NCBI GenBank assembly: GCA_951406725.2
Contig: OX597816.1
Location: 105,462,001 to 105,526,000 of the forward strand
DNA length: 64,000 nt
From: Octopus vulgaris
Lineage: Eukaryota
Reading direction: 5' to 3'
The notes below the pieces were generated by a model. That model saw only the letters and a list, made by a program, of their open reading frames with translations. It made no database searches and was not told the origin of the DNA. Positions 26,082 to 38,956 of the stretch are shown one piece after another. A program made the translations under genes and the position numbers. The stretch's first letter is position 1, and every line of letters begins with the position of its first letter.

Positions 26082-27389
26082 GAGCTCCCTGAACTTTGCC
26101 CAGACTATTCTTATTCTAGCAGCTACATTTTCAGAGCATGCACCCTTGCTACTGACTTGGTCATCTAGGTAATGGAAGCTATCAACTACTTGTAGTTTTT
26201 CTCCCTGAAATGTAACAGAAGCTGTTCTCTGCACATTTTCAGTGTTTATAGCACCCGAGCATTTGCCACATACAATAACTATCTTCCCAGTTAGCCTTCC
26301 TGTGATATTGCTGCACCTCTTATGTGTCCATATCTTACACTGGGTACATCTTATGGAGTTTCTACCTATGCCTTTTCTACAAATCAAGCAGGGCCATCTA
26401 CCTGAAGGGATTTGTGATTTGTCTGCCTTCCTACTTATTAAGACTTTGGTTTTAGCTAAGCTGACTCTAAGGCCCTTCGATTCTAGACCTTGCTTCGACA
26501 CCTGAAACTTTTCCTCTAGTTCTGATAGTGACTCAGCAATTAGAGTAAGGACATCAGCATAGAGGAGCTCCCAGGGGAATCCTGTCTTGAATTCCTGTTA
26601 TTTCTTGGAGGACTATGATGAATAAAAGGGGGCTGAGGACTGATCCTTGGTGGACCCTTACCCTTATCCGGAATTCTGCACTGTACTTGTTGCCAACCCT
26701 CACCTTACTGACAGCATCCCTGCACATGGCTTGCACAACTCTCACTAACCATTCATGTATCCCTAGTTTCCTCATTGACCACCAGATAAGGGATCGGGGG
26801 ACCCCATCAAAAGCTTTCTCCATGTCAATGACAGCCAGGTACAGAGGTTTATCTTTAGCTAGGTATTTCTCCTGCATCTATCTTACCAGAAATATAGCAT
26901 CAGCAATGCTTTTCCCTGGCATGAACCCAAACTGCATCTCATCAAACTGACTCTCTCCCTATTTAGTTGGGCTATGGGCCTCTCCGTGACCTTCATTACC
27001 TGATCCAACAACTTGATACCTCTGTAATTATTTGTATCTAAAGTGTCACCTTTACCGTTGTATCAGTTGACTATGGTGCCGCTACACCAGGTATTGGGTA
27101 TGACTCCTTCATGTATCACCTGGTTAACTATATGGGTGACTAGGCTATAGCCAACACTGCCAGATATTTTGAGCATTTCTGCAGTGATTCCTGATTCCCT
27201 GTCTTCATACCCTTGAATGCTTTATCTATCAAGGTACTGTCAATTCAGGTAGCTGGTCTCTTTGTTGGGTTGGCATTCAGCAGTATCTCTTTCTCCCATT
27301 CATTCTCTTTATTTAACAGCCTTTCATAGTGGCATCTCCAAACCTCTCTCTTTGCAACCTCGTTTAATGCAAGTGTACCATCATCCATG
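26082..27389 (-). mobile_element. RTE LINE reverse-transcriptase fragment
   Basis: QEKYLAKDKPLYLAVIDMEKAFDGVPR, VHQGSVLSPLLFIIVL, LYAD and GLRVSLAKTKV, plus a Cys-rich insert; frameshifted. Confidence 0.9.
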
Positions 27390-28433
27390 TTAAATTTCTT
27401 CTACACGCTAAGGCCTAAGTTTTTACATTTAAAATCCAGTTAAAAAATGTTCTTCGATAAGATAAGTAACGTATTTATATAACAATATTATTGAATTTCT
27501 GAATTGAATTTTGTTTGATTATTATTGTAAAAATATTAATTTCTATATTGTTATTTGATAATTAGTAGTTACGATATGTATATTTATTTACTTATTATTA
27601 TTATTTTTTTTTATATTATCTTGTGAATTAACGCATTAAATATAATTTACATTGTGAAATAGTTTTGTAAGACAAAATCTAATGTAATAGGTAGGAATTG
27701 TATTTGTTATGTAGTATTGCATTTAAGTAAATACTTTTAATATTAATTGATACTTTGGTTAATTCTATAAGTGTGTGTAATATTGAATCTATTTATAAAT
27801 TAATTATATAGTAAGTTTAACTAACTTGTGTGTATATATTTGAACCATTTTTCTATTTTAATTCTTATAGTCATAGTTTGTAGCAGTATTATGTATATAA
27901 GTTAGCATTAAGTTTTTTAGTATATACTACTTAATTAGAATAAGATTTAATTTAGATGTTTATTAAATAAAGGAATAAATAAATAATTTAATGTATATAG
28001 ATTAAATTATAGTATTTTAGCTTCACTTAATGTATATTATGTATTATACATATATATATTGTTTTAAATATTTTGTTTTAATTACTTGTATTTGAATTTT
28101 CTAGCAATGATATATTATAATTTGTTATTTTTCTCTTCTATAAGCTAAAATTTATTTTCATGGGTAAAATAAATATTTATATCTATTTATTTTAGTTTTA
28201 TTTATACCCCATGTTTAACGAGATAAATTTTATAAACAATAAGTCATATGTATTAAGTTTAAAGATTTAGTTAACAGAATACATTTAAGATATTTTGTGT
28301 TTTTATTTTAACATATATTATTGAATTTTGTTTGATTTTTATTGAAAAATTACATATTTTTATATATATTTATATTTTCTTACAAGATAATATACATATA
28401 TCTATTTATTTAATTATTTTATTGTTTTATCTT

Positions 28434-28516
28434 GGACCTGATGAGTGACTATATTTAAATTGAATTGATTTAACTGTTATTAGTTTGAAAATATAGCCAT
28501 GAAACACGTGTAGTTT
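28434..28516 (+). ncRNA. Type I hammerhead ribozyme with extended stem II
   Basis: GGAC-CTGATGA-GTGACTATATTT...AAATATAGCCAT-GAAA-CACGTG-TA-GTTT; stem III ACACGTGT is a perfect palindrome. Confidence 0.75.
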
Positions 28517-28681
28517 TTTTTCTAATTATATAATATTTATTATTTTGTACTTTACTTAATTATAGGTATATGTTTTATCATTTATTTAATTTTTTTCTAT
28601 ATATTTTGATTTAATTATGTAATTGTTGAATTGCTACATGGTGGTTCTTCTCTAATTTATATACACATATTATAGCAAAAA

Positions 28682-28719
28682 CTGTCTGATGAATGGCAAC
28701 GAGAAACTCAGAGTAACAG
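28682..28719 (+). ncRNA. Minimal type I hammerhead ribozyme (stem II degraded)
   Basis: CTGT-CTGATGA-ATGGCAACGA-GAAA-CTCAGAG-TA-ACAG; stem I CTGT/ACAG and stem III ACTC/GAGT. Confidence 0.65.
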
Positions 28720-28749
28720 ATTTTGTTGAATTTTCTGCTGCTGCTTAAA

Positions 28750-28842
<93 letters not shown>

Positions 28843-28868
28843 TATGCAAAAATCTATTTATCTATCTG

Positions 28869-28907
<39 letters not shown>

Positions 28908-29436
28908 CTCTATATTATATATATCATCATCATCCTCATCATCATGATATATATATATATATATATATTGTATGCATACATGCTCACATACACACACACA
29001 AAGGCCTGTCAGATAAATTTGTTTTTACTATTTATTTAAAACCTTACTTTTCATCAAAAGTTTTAACAAATTAGTTAATGTTACATTCTCCTTCATAGGA
29101 ACATAACTCATAAAAATCTTACCATTTTTCCAGTGACAATTTAAATTATTTACTTTTATTTCCTGTCACTTATTATCATATCTATGATGCATTACTATAT
29201 ATGCTTGTGAGAAAAATTACATTATTACATTTTCTGGCCAAAATATGTCCTTTAAATTAATTAAACTGAATCTGTCATATAAACTTTTATAAACTTATTT
29301 TATTGATCCTGAAAAAATGAACGACAAACTTGATCTTGGTGGAATTTGAACTCAAAACATAAATCCGGAAGAGTTACTGCTTTGGTCCCTTGCCTTCAAA
29401 ATTTCAGGCCTTCTGCCTAAAGAAAGGATTATTAAG

Positions 29437-29590
29437 GTGGCAAGCTGGCAAAATGGTTAGCACGTCAGACAAAATGCTTAAGCAGTATCTCTTCCAGCTT
29501 TATGTTTTGAGTTCAAGTTCCACCGAGATCGAGTTTGTCTTTCATCCTTTCAGGATTGATGAAATAAGTACCAGTTGCATACTGGGGTTG
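29437..29590 (+). mobile_element. tRNA-derived SINE (family 3) with Deu/Nin-like central motif
   Basis: GGTGGCAAGCTGGCAAAATGGTTAGC...GAGTTCAAGTTCC...CTTTCATCCTTTCAGGATTGATGAAATAAGTACCAGT. Copies at ~43975-44170, 47724-47938 and 47990-48200 (-), and 55632-55848 (+). Confidence 0.7.
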
Positions 29591-31787
29591 ACATAATTGT
29601 AAAGCCCAATTCCATCACTAAATATTCTGGAGTGTGACTCAGAAGGTAGGTATACTATTGTATTAATATAAAGGTGAGTGTACACACAAGTGTTGTTTCT
29701 AACTGCATGGTTCCTTTGGGTAGACTTGAAGCTGAAGATTTTTAAAGTTGGAAGAAGAGTAAGTTAGAACATGAATAATATCAATTATAGAAACAACAAC
29801 TTGAATAAAAACCAAGTTGTGGACTCCAATCGACTACCATTTGCACCAACTGGGGAAGCCTCTGTGTTGCTCTTGTTCTGTTAGAAAAAACATCAAAGTT
29901 TTCAATCATTATCACATCCACATTCTTAAAATACTGTTGGACACATTAGATAATATGGTTGTAGAAACACTGGATCTGAATCTCCTCTGCCCTCACCCCT
30001 CAAATGGTTTGTCATGGTTGGAAGGTTGTTTGATTAAAGATCTGTTCAAAAGAGCTGAGCCCTTAAACAACAATAACAACAGCAATTCACATTATATATG
30101 TATTTTCTATATGTCACCAGTACAAACGTAACTTCTGATGATTTCAGAAAAGAATTAACTGGAATGAATGACTTCTGCTCCGTCATCATCCTACAGACAT
30201 TACTCTCATGCAGAATAAAGATAAACCTCATGGGAAAATATTTCCTTGCTAGGAAACAAATGAATGTTAGTGATAGGAAGGGCATTCAACCATAGAAAAA
30301 TCTGCCTCATCAAGCTTTGCCTGACCCATGCAAGTATGGAAAAGTAGATGCTAAAACAATAATGATGATGATGATGACGACGATGATGGTGATGGTGGTG
30401 ATGCAAGATTGTATTAACATGTATGTATATAGACTCAACACTTACATTCACACAGACTCACATACGAATATCATGAACGCAAAAATTATATGGAAATCAA
30501 TGAATTTATAAAACATTTAAGTCTACATTTCTATTAAATGTTGTCAATAGGTTGAGAAGAAAATGTGTATAGAATCGAAGTCAACTATTTCATCAGTAAT
30601 TTCAGTGAGTATGTTGTTCTTGTGGTAAACTGAAATTTTGATGTAATGTTGTAATACCTAACTCTCTCTCTCTCACTCATTGTATTATACTCCCACTCTG
30701 CAATCTCTCTTTCTTTTCCTCATTTGTTCTTTTCATTGCTTCTACTATTTTTTTCTTTTTTTTTCTTTCATCCCACTCTTTTTTGTGTTGTTTTTTCTTT
30801 ATTTCCTTTATTTTATACCTCCTGCTTTGCACCATTTATTCTTTCATATAAAACTTCAGTTTGTAACTAGTTTTATTGTTCAGTGTCAAATGATACGTTT
30901 GTAATTGCATTGTCTGTTAGTGGAACTGAAATGGAATTGAAAAAATTCAGTTTTGTCAAAAACAAACAAAAATATATATATAAATAAAAATACATAGACT
31001 AAATAATAAAGAAATATAAAAAATAAGCTGGAACATTTTTGTATTGTATTTTTTTGGTTAAATCCATTGCAAATTGGTGAATTAAGTAACACTTTCTACC
31101 ACTAACCTTTAATAAGCTCCAATCTTAGAAGTTAAGAACATACAGTCACTTTCAAAATTACTATGTGCAGTCAAACGAAAAGGCTGATTTTTATTCTTCA
31201 GTATTGTAAGTAGTATGAGTCAATAGCAGATACTGAATCTATCAAAATAAGAAAAAAGGAAGAAACAAACAAACAAACAAGCAAACAAACAAAGAGAGGA
31301 AAAAGAAAGTAGGAAGGAAGAAAGGAACACGTATAGAAATGTATTGAACACAATTATTCAAATGAACAACTAGATTCTTCTTTAATGTACTTTTGGTAAC
31401 TTGTAACCTAACACATAGTCGCATACTGTTTCTTTCTGTTACATAATAGAGAAGTTGTTGAAGATGCAATGGTCGAATAGATAAGATGCCAGCTTCCAAA
31501 GATAATGTGTCAAGAGTTTGTGCGTTTACATTGGTGCCACATAGTGTGACTGAGAACAGTATTTAGTTCAAGCTATTTAGGTGAGCCTCATAGTAGTGGG
31601 GTAACTGCACTATGCATTTTCATTTCATTACTGAAAGAATTGATGTATAGAAACTAAAGGATAATCAATTGATTTAATGACCAACAATGGGTAGCAAACA
31701 ATGAAATTCTTACATTCTTTTGATTTCCTGTAATTCAGACCAATTCATGGTCCCAGTAGACAAAATGGAAAAGATGTTGCTTGAGAG

Positions 31788-32276
31788 GAATCAACTTACT
31801 GCTCTAAGTGGAGGCAGCATAGTAAAATTGACAAGTGGTTGTTGTTTAGCACCAGTTCAGTCCTGAATGAACAAACCTATGATAAAAAACATTCCAGACA
31901 TGGCCATACCATCTTTTTCCTTACACTACATTGCTTGAGAGGATGGCAAGGGAGATGCACTGGAACAGCCGTGCTGACTTACAGATAGGCATGGTAATGG
32001 GTACATGGATAACTGAATAGATTGGCTCCCTGAACAACCAGCTAAAAGGAGGTTTGCAGTTCATGTTCTGTCAAAGCATTTAACTCCCAATGGACTCGTC
32101 CACCTAGCTATACAGAATAATTGCAGGGTAGAATCAACTTACTGCTCTAAGTGGAGGCAGCATAGTAAAATTGACAAGTGGTTGTTGTTTAGCACCAGTT
32201 CAGTCCTGAATGAACAAACCTATGATAAAAAACATTCCAGACATGGCTATACCATCTTTTTCCTTACACTACATTG
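31788..32276 (+). repeat. 146-bp near-perfect direct duplication (31788-31933 / 32131-32276)
   Basis: One mismatch. The upstream copy is bracketed by a 12-bp direct repeat TTGCTTGAGAGG (31777-31788, 31931-31942). Confidence 0.92.
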
Positions 32277-34629
32277 TTCAATGTGGTCTTTTTTTAATGA
32301 TAAAATGATCAATGATATTTCAGCTCTCCTTTTCACTAGAACTGTTCAATGTATCGTTACTTCATTTTAAGTTAGTAGGGTGTGATCTGAGAGAAAAAAG
32401 GCTGCTATTTCTGGCAGGTTGAGCAACTACATAAAGGCTTTCTTGTTAACTTGACAAGTGGTTTGTTAATATATAATGCTAAGTCGACCTTCTGATTGAA
32501 GGAAGATTCTCTTTGCCAAAGATACATTACACAAAGTTGGTATCTACAATGGCATACCTTTAACCTAATGAGTTAAGAGATTCCTAACATAATTACTAAT
32601 CACATATATAGTAAAGCTGAATTTGTTTGATAGCATAATTTAAATGTTGTTGTTGTTGAGCCCTGATTCAGCAGATCTATGATCAAGGCGTTCCAACTAT
32701 GACCTTCCTATCTTTTATTGAGATATATCTAAGACAACATTAACTATTGTCTTTCCTTAGCATATGATTTTTAAAAAATTTGGTTATTGTATCTAGTAGA
32801 TTGAACAACCATGTAGAGCTTCTCTCATTGGTTCATATAATCTAAATGTGTCAGATTATTTTTCTTTCACTTAAAGTAGATATTGTGCTCAAACATATTT
32901 ATTTTAAAATTCATTATTGTTCTGGGAGTTTGAATCTTAGGGACATTTGCTTTTTAAAGGTTAATTCAGAGGAAGAAGAATATTATCCATGACCTTTGAC
33001 CTTTGCAGTAACCTCTGAGAGTGGTAGGAGTAAATTATTCTTAGGCTGGAGACATGGCCCAAATGGTTTGTTGTCACCAATATGTGTGGAGGTGGTGGTG
33101 GTGAGTGCTATTTTACTTTTAGTTTATTTGGTTTAGCTTTCATTGTAGGGATAGACTCTTCAGAACTAACTTTGTAATGTAAGTTCAGTTCCTAGTTGTA
33201 GCAATTTCACTTAGTTTGTTTATACTTTGGGGAAAGATATGAATGTCACAAATTTTATTTCTCAATTCCTTTAGCATCAACAGAGCTGATGTCCCATTGA
33301 TGGATATCAATGAAGCAAAATATCAAGCAATTGACTGTATTTATTACCATGGAATAATTATATATGTATACATCATTGCCTCTTCTTCTTCTTCTTCTTC
33401 TAAGATACTGCCTTTAGTTGGACAATTTGACAGGATTCAGTGGGTCAGAGGACTTCCTCATGCTCCAGTGTCTGCTTTGGCATGGTTTCTCTGGCTGGAT
33501 TTCCTTCCTAACACTAACCATTTTACAGAGTAGCTTACAAGACTAAGAATTCCCTTCGTTCTGTGGGGTTATATTTAAGAGAACTTTTCAAGTTTCTTCC
33601 CTTTTCTTTCTTTGTATAATTACTTTAAAATTCTTCAAAAGATTCAACTAAAGATGCTCATAAATTATTGGACTTTGCAAAGCAATTAAATACAGTTAAT
33701 AGATTCTAATGGACACAGAGGATATGACCTGATTAGAATAGCTAATACTCAAATTAGCTGACCAACTGTGATGCTGAAATTGTGAATATTTCAGATTCTG
33801 CATCCTGTTGAAATAAAGAAAGAAAAAAAAAAAAAGTAAGAATATTCTGTACAATGGAGATTAATGAGAAGTGTAACAATTTTCTTCAATCTATTGGCAT
33901 TAAAATGAGCCATATCTGGCCAAAATATTCTACCTGTTTTATGTTCAAACTGGCCAAATCTGGCCTCTCCCACCTAACCTACAATGTCATTCTAAAAGTA
34001 ATGGATAACATCTTTGAAATCTCAAAAGTATGACGTAAGGCATGATTAATTCAAAACAATGTGAATAAATATGCATTATATTTGACAGAGTAATCCAAGA
34101 GCAGAATGTTAAATAATATTTGTTCAGAAGTTTGCTTCCCAACCACATGGTTCTGGATTTGGTCCCATTGTGTGGCACATTGCATAAGTATCTTCTACTG
34201 TTACCCGGGGCCAACCAAAGCCTTGTGGGTGGACTTGGTAGACAGAAACTATCATTCATACACTATGAGTCAGTCCTGCCCACAAGAGCCAAAGCCGCAT
34301 ATGTGCAAAATGAAATCACGCATGAGTGACACATGTCATGACACAGCTGACAAAGCTTACTTCATCAAATAGTTCCTCAGGAACATAATTTACAGTGGCT
34401 ATTCTCCATTTTTAGCCAAATGATTGTGCTTAAACATTAAAGTAAACCACATAAGAAGGCCCATAATCCCAAGTCAGAAATATGCTTCTTAAACTGCCCT
34501 AATTTGATGACAGAACCATTGCAACTATACAACCTCCAATCTGCAGGGAGGGACTCAACAGGCTGATGGTGCACACCAGTTGATCCCCGAGGAAATTTCT
34601 GTCAAGGTATAACATCACAGGTAGCATCA

Positions 34630-34952
34630 TGCGGTGCATACTATCCAATTGCCCCATCAATGACTTCAAAATGTGCTCAAGCGCCTATGTGGTAGTCTAC
34701 AGTAAATATGGAGCATTCTATATTGGGTGTACAACCAGGAAATTGCACGTTTGAATAAAAGAATGTATGTCTACAGACTCTTCAATCAAAAAACACCTAA
34801 AGAAGTGCCAGACCCAGAACTTCAAGGTATCTATCAGGGCTACTCAGTGCAACAGGGCTAATCTCAGAATCATGGAAGCCCTCCTTATCAGCAAACTGGG
34901 ACCAGCCATAAACAACAGGAAAGAACTTCATGAAGCAGACTGGTTACTATAG
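34630..34952 (+). pseudogene. Penelope-like element GIY-YIG endonuclease C-terminal fragment
   Basis: One frame reads MRCILSNCPINDFKMCSSAYVVVYSKYGAFYIGCTTRKLHV*IKECMSTDSSIKKHLKKC...LRIMEALLISKLGPAINNRKE. It has the VVY/YIG motifs, KH..C, catalytic E (MEAL) and P.IN. The in-frame TGA is likely a decayed CGA (Arg). Confidence 0.85.
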
Positions 34953-35028
34953 CAACACCATATCACCTTCCTCTCTCCTCCTTCCCAGACATCTGATCAA
35001 TGACCTTTTCCATCTCTCACTTTCCCAA

Positions 35029-35068
35029 ATGTCCTGAAGAAGGAGTCATAGCTCTGAAGTATAGACAT
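35029..35068 (+). ncRNA. Degenerate minimal hammerhead in the 3' pLTR of the Penelope fragment
   Basis: ATGTC-CTGAAGA-A-GGAG-TCATAG-CTCT-GAAG-TA-TA-GACAT; stem I ATGTC/GACAT; GAAA mutated to GAAG; ~75 bp after the GIY-YIG stop. Confidence 0.65.
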
Positions 35069-38000
35069 ATGAGGTAAAACTACAATTTTGTTTTGCTTTC
35101 TTTTCTTTTTGTAGTTTACTTTATATCTTCTTGCATTGTTCTCTCCTTACACAACAATTCTCTTTAAAGTGACATCATATAATGCTTCATCAAACTATTC
35201 CATTTTAATATGTGTGTGTGAGTGTGTGTCTTTGTGCTTGTGTTTGTCTCCCAGCATAACTTAATGACCGGCATTGGTTTGTTTACATTCCTGTAACTTA
35301 GCGGTGTGGTAAAAGTGACAAGTAGAAAAGTACCAGATTTTAAAAAAAGTGCTGTGCTCAATTAGTTTGACTAAAAACCCTTCAAGGTTGTGCCCCAGCA
35401 TGATCACAACCCAGTGACTGAAATAAGTAAAAAATAAATTAAAAGAATAGAATAAAAAGATTCTGAGAATTACTTAGAAAATAGATTTTATATGACAATA
35501 CTGGGGTGAGAGAACCTTTCTATTTTGTGTCACTTCATAGTTGCTGTCCCTCAGTAAAGTAGGGTGCAGGGGTGATACTATAAAATAAACCTACTATATT
35601 TAATCATATCCATCTCTATGTTTGTGAGTTTACATCTTACCTTAGTTAACATTGCTTATCAATTCTTCAGGGATGTAAAAATAACAGTGTTTTCACTCTA
35701 TTTGATTTAATCAATAATGTTTTACCTTCCCACCTCACCGCTACAGAATTAGCCTCATGTTTTGTCCAAGGAAATCAATATGATAATTGTTAGAGTGTTT
35801 TGTTTTTAATGACTGGATTATTTTTTAATATTTGTTGTTTAACCTTTAGAACAATTTTAATGAAAGACTTTTGTGAAAAAATGACATATTCTATTCCATA
35901 TGCTTTCTCATTTTTATCAATATGTTTATCTTCATTTTTGATGTAGCTTAATATTTCCAAGAATACTGATGTAAAATCTTGAGAAAGTAAATCAAAACAT
36001 ATTTATATGATGAACATCATAGTTAATGTGACATATGAGATTTGATGTAATACAGCTCAGTTTCTTTCCAACCAGTATGAACAGAAAACGCAGAAAACAT
36101 TCATAGTTTTTATCCTTGTCCATGTTATAAAGCTGTATCAAAATACTTTAAAAAAAACAACAACAAAAATAAAACAAAGAAACAAATAAACAAACAAAAA
36201 TACCATTATTTGATGCTTTTTCTCAAGAGTTGGCTATCTCATATAAAAGTTCATATAATTGTTCTGAAAAGCAAAATGAACTGGATAAAATGGTAATGTA
36301 CCACTCATAGATTGTGAGTTCAAATCCACTGCAGGCATTTTTTTGTGTTTCTATGCAAGTCATTTTATTCTACATTGCTTCAGTTCATCTAGCTGTCAAA
36401 AATATGCACAAGATTTCCTGGGAAAATATCCATCTTGTAGAAAGATATTGCTGATAATGAAAGGTCAAAGAAATTGTCTGTGTTTGTCATGCCAACATGA
36501 GAAATATCATTGTCCTAATCTGACATCACTGCTGCTGCTACAACCAACATTGTCATTGATATCATCATCTACAACTTGCATTTGCAATAGGTATAACAAC
36601 AGATGTACTTTATTTTCTGTTCCATCAATAGTGTCCTAAGTTCGTTAACAGGTCTTGACCTTGATTTTGGAAGGATTCTTAGCAGAGGGCTCATTTATTT
36701 GTTTAATGTCTGTTTTTCCATTCAAGCATGAGTTGGACGGGGACTTAATAGAAATAGAATTTTAAAGCCAGATACTTTTCCGGTTGCCAACTTTTACCTG
36801 TTTACATGTAAGAGATTATTTTTATTCGAAAGATTTCAAAAATCTGTTTAACTACCGGTCATAATGTCAACAAGAAATGTAAACATCCTGTTATATATAT
36901 ATATATATATATATATACCTAAATGGCAGGCTTCCTACAGTTTCCACCTATCAAAATCACTCACAAAACATTGGTTGACCTGAGGCTACAGTAGTAGATA
37001 CTTGCTCAATGAATGGCATGATGGGACTGAGGATAGAACCATGTGTTGCAAAGTGAACTCATTAACCACTCAGCCTTCATGATTATAAGTTCTGTACTCT
37101 ACTGTAATTTCTTCAACTCTGTAATTATCAAAAGCAAAACTGGCTCCAATGGAATTTGAACATGGAACAAAGGAACACAACTGCATAAACAAGACATTTT
37201 ATTCAGGTTCTATGATTTTAGCTCTGCCTGTCCTGCTCTGACTAAATAATAATAATGGAAAGTAAAGCATAAATTTTTGAATTAACATTGAATATTTTTA
37301 GAGAGTCATAAGTCAGAATTTGTGAGTTGTTTAGCCTCAGATCAACCTTTATGAAACAGACTGATAATCAAAAGTACTCCAAACGTATTTTGATAATCAG
37401 AAGTATTCTCAAACAGCCAGTGTATCTTGGACTTCATTATCCAATGTATCCTTTAGTTTATTTTTAAAACAGCAGAGTGTAGTTTAAGGTAAATTTGATT
37501 TCTATTTCTGACAGGTTTAATAACTACATAGAGACTTCCCTGTTGGTTTATTTATGAGGTATATTGCTATATTATTAGCTATTTGTAACAATCAGTGCTA
37601 AGCTGTATGAAATTAATGATATTCATGAATTTAGAAAAGTTCATATGCCATATGGAGAACAATGATCTGATGTCCTGGAACTAACACTTTGAGAGAAAAA
37701 AAATTGTTTTTAACTGTTGAAAATATGTGACACATCTCTCCTCCCCTACCTCCAACATACATAGAATCCACTGTTTTCACCACTCACCTCTCACATGGCC
37801 AAAAGTAACAATGTATTCTAGTTACTTTGGTTCAAAGTTTCACTAATCTATTGCTCTAAGTTCATCTGCAGCTTATATATCACTGTCAGCTATTTGGTTG
37901 TCTCACTCTCTGTATTGAAGACATCTATTTCACCTCATATCTCTCTGAAATCATCATAATTCAATGTATATAACCAGTATTCCTTCTAAGTTGTGTGCTT

Positions 38001-38956
38001 GTGTGTAGTGCACATTTTACAACTTAGTGCTTAAAGGATAAAAATGTGCACACACAGGTTTCAAGATGAAATCAAATTATTCTTTTAATTGGAGAGATTT
38101 AAGCATTGGTTACTCGCATGGATGTACACATACTTTGCAAAGGAAGACAAAGTTTGCACATAGAAAATTACTGGGCATCTCACAGGCAAAAATTAGAGGG
38201 GATATTGTATGTAACATACCAAAACTACTGGTGCAGAAGCCAGACAATTTCCTATTTTAAGCTGTTTGTACTAGCTAGTCTCCATACCCACCTATATAAT
38301 TGCCAGAAATATCAGAAGACCAAATATGCCTGATTTCTTTCTTAGTATTTAACCCATGTAATACAGCCACTGCATCCATTGTACTACAGAAGTAATATAC
38401 TCTACATCCTCCTGCAACACAATGCCTCTTACCTTCTGAATCCTCTGATATTTTAGTCAGTTAACCGATTGAAGCTTTTCTTTTTCTCTAATGACAGCCA
38501 TTGGCAGCAAATGAATCAGCTAAGTTGGTAACTCTAATCATATGTCTTTTAACATACCTCACACAAATGAAGCCAAAATTTTCAACACAAGTGAAGCCTA
38601 TAATTTCAACAAATAAGTCATAAGACTTATGAAGATCTTCTGGCCAAACACACTTTTACCCAAATGATTCTGTAGTACTCCTGCTAAAAAACATTCACAT
38701 TTCCTTCTTGCTTTGCTTTGAAACTCAATATATACACAACAATATAACTATCTCCATAGACCAGTCTAACAACAGTATTCATACTCATCTCATGGCAAAA
38801 ACCTTCTGTAAATACTTCAGCTTAACAAAGTAACAAATCAACAATGTCTCCTCCATCAACAGAGCACTCTAAAGCTTAGCTCTTACCATTCACATGCTTT
38901 TCAATCACTCTCTCTATCTCTCACAGCCACCTCTATTTCTCTTTCTCCTCCTCTCT

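Noticed and set aside
27390-28430. AT-rich block considered as a mitochondrial control-region insertion (NUMT)
   Set aside because: No mitochondrial gene or tRNA recognised; the downstream hammerheads favour a retroelement origin. Not formally excluded without BLAST.
30130-30160. CTGATGA-TTTCA-GAAA hammerhead-like spacing (similar cases near 49070, 55020 minus and 61050 minus)
   Set aside because: No convincing stems I-III; expected by chance in AT-rich DNA.
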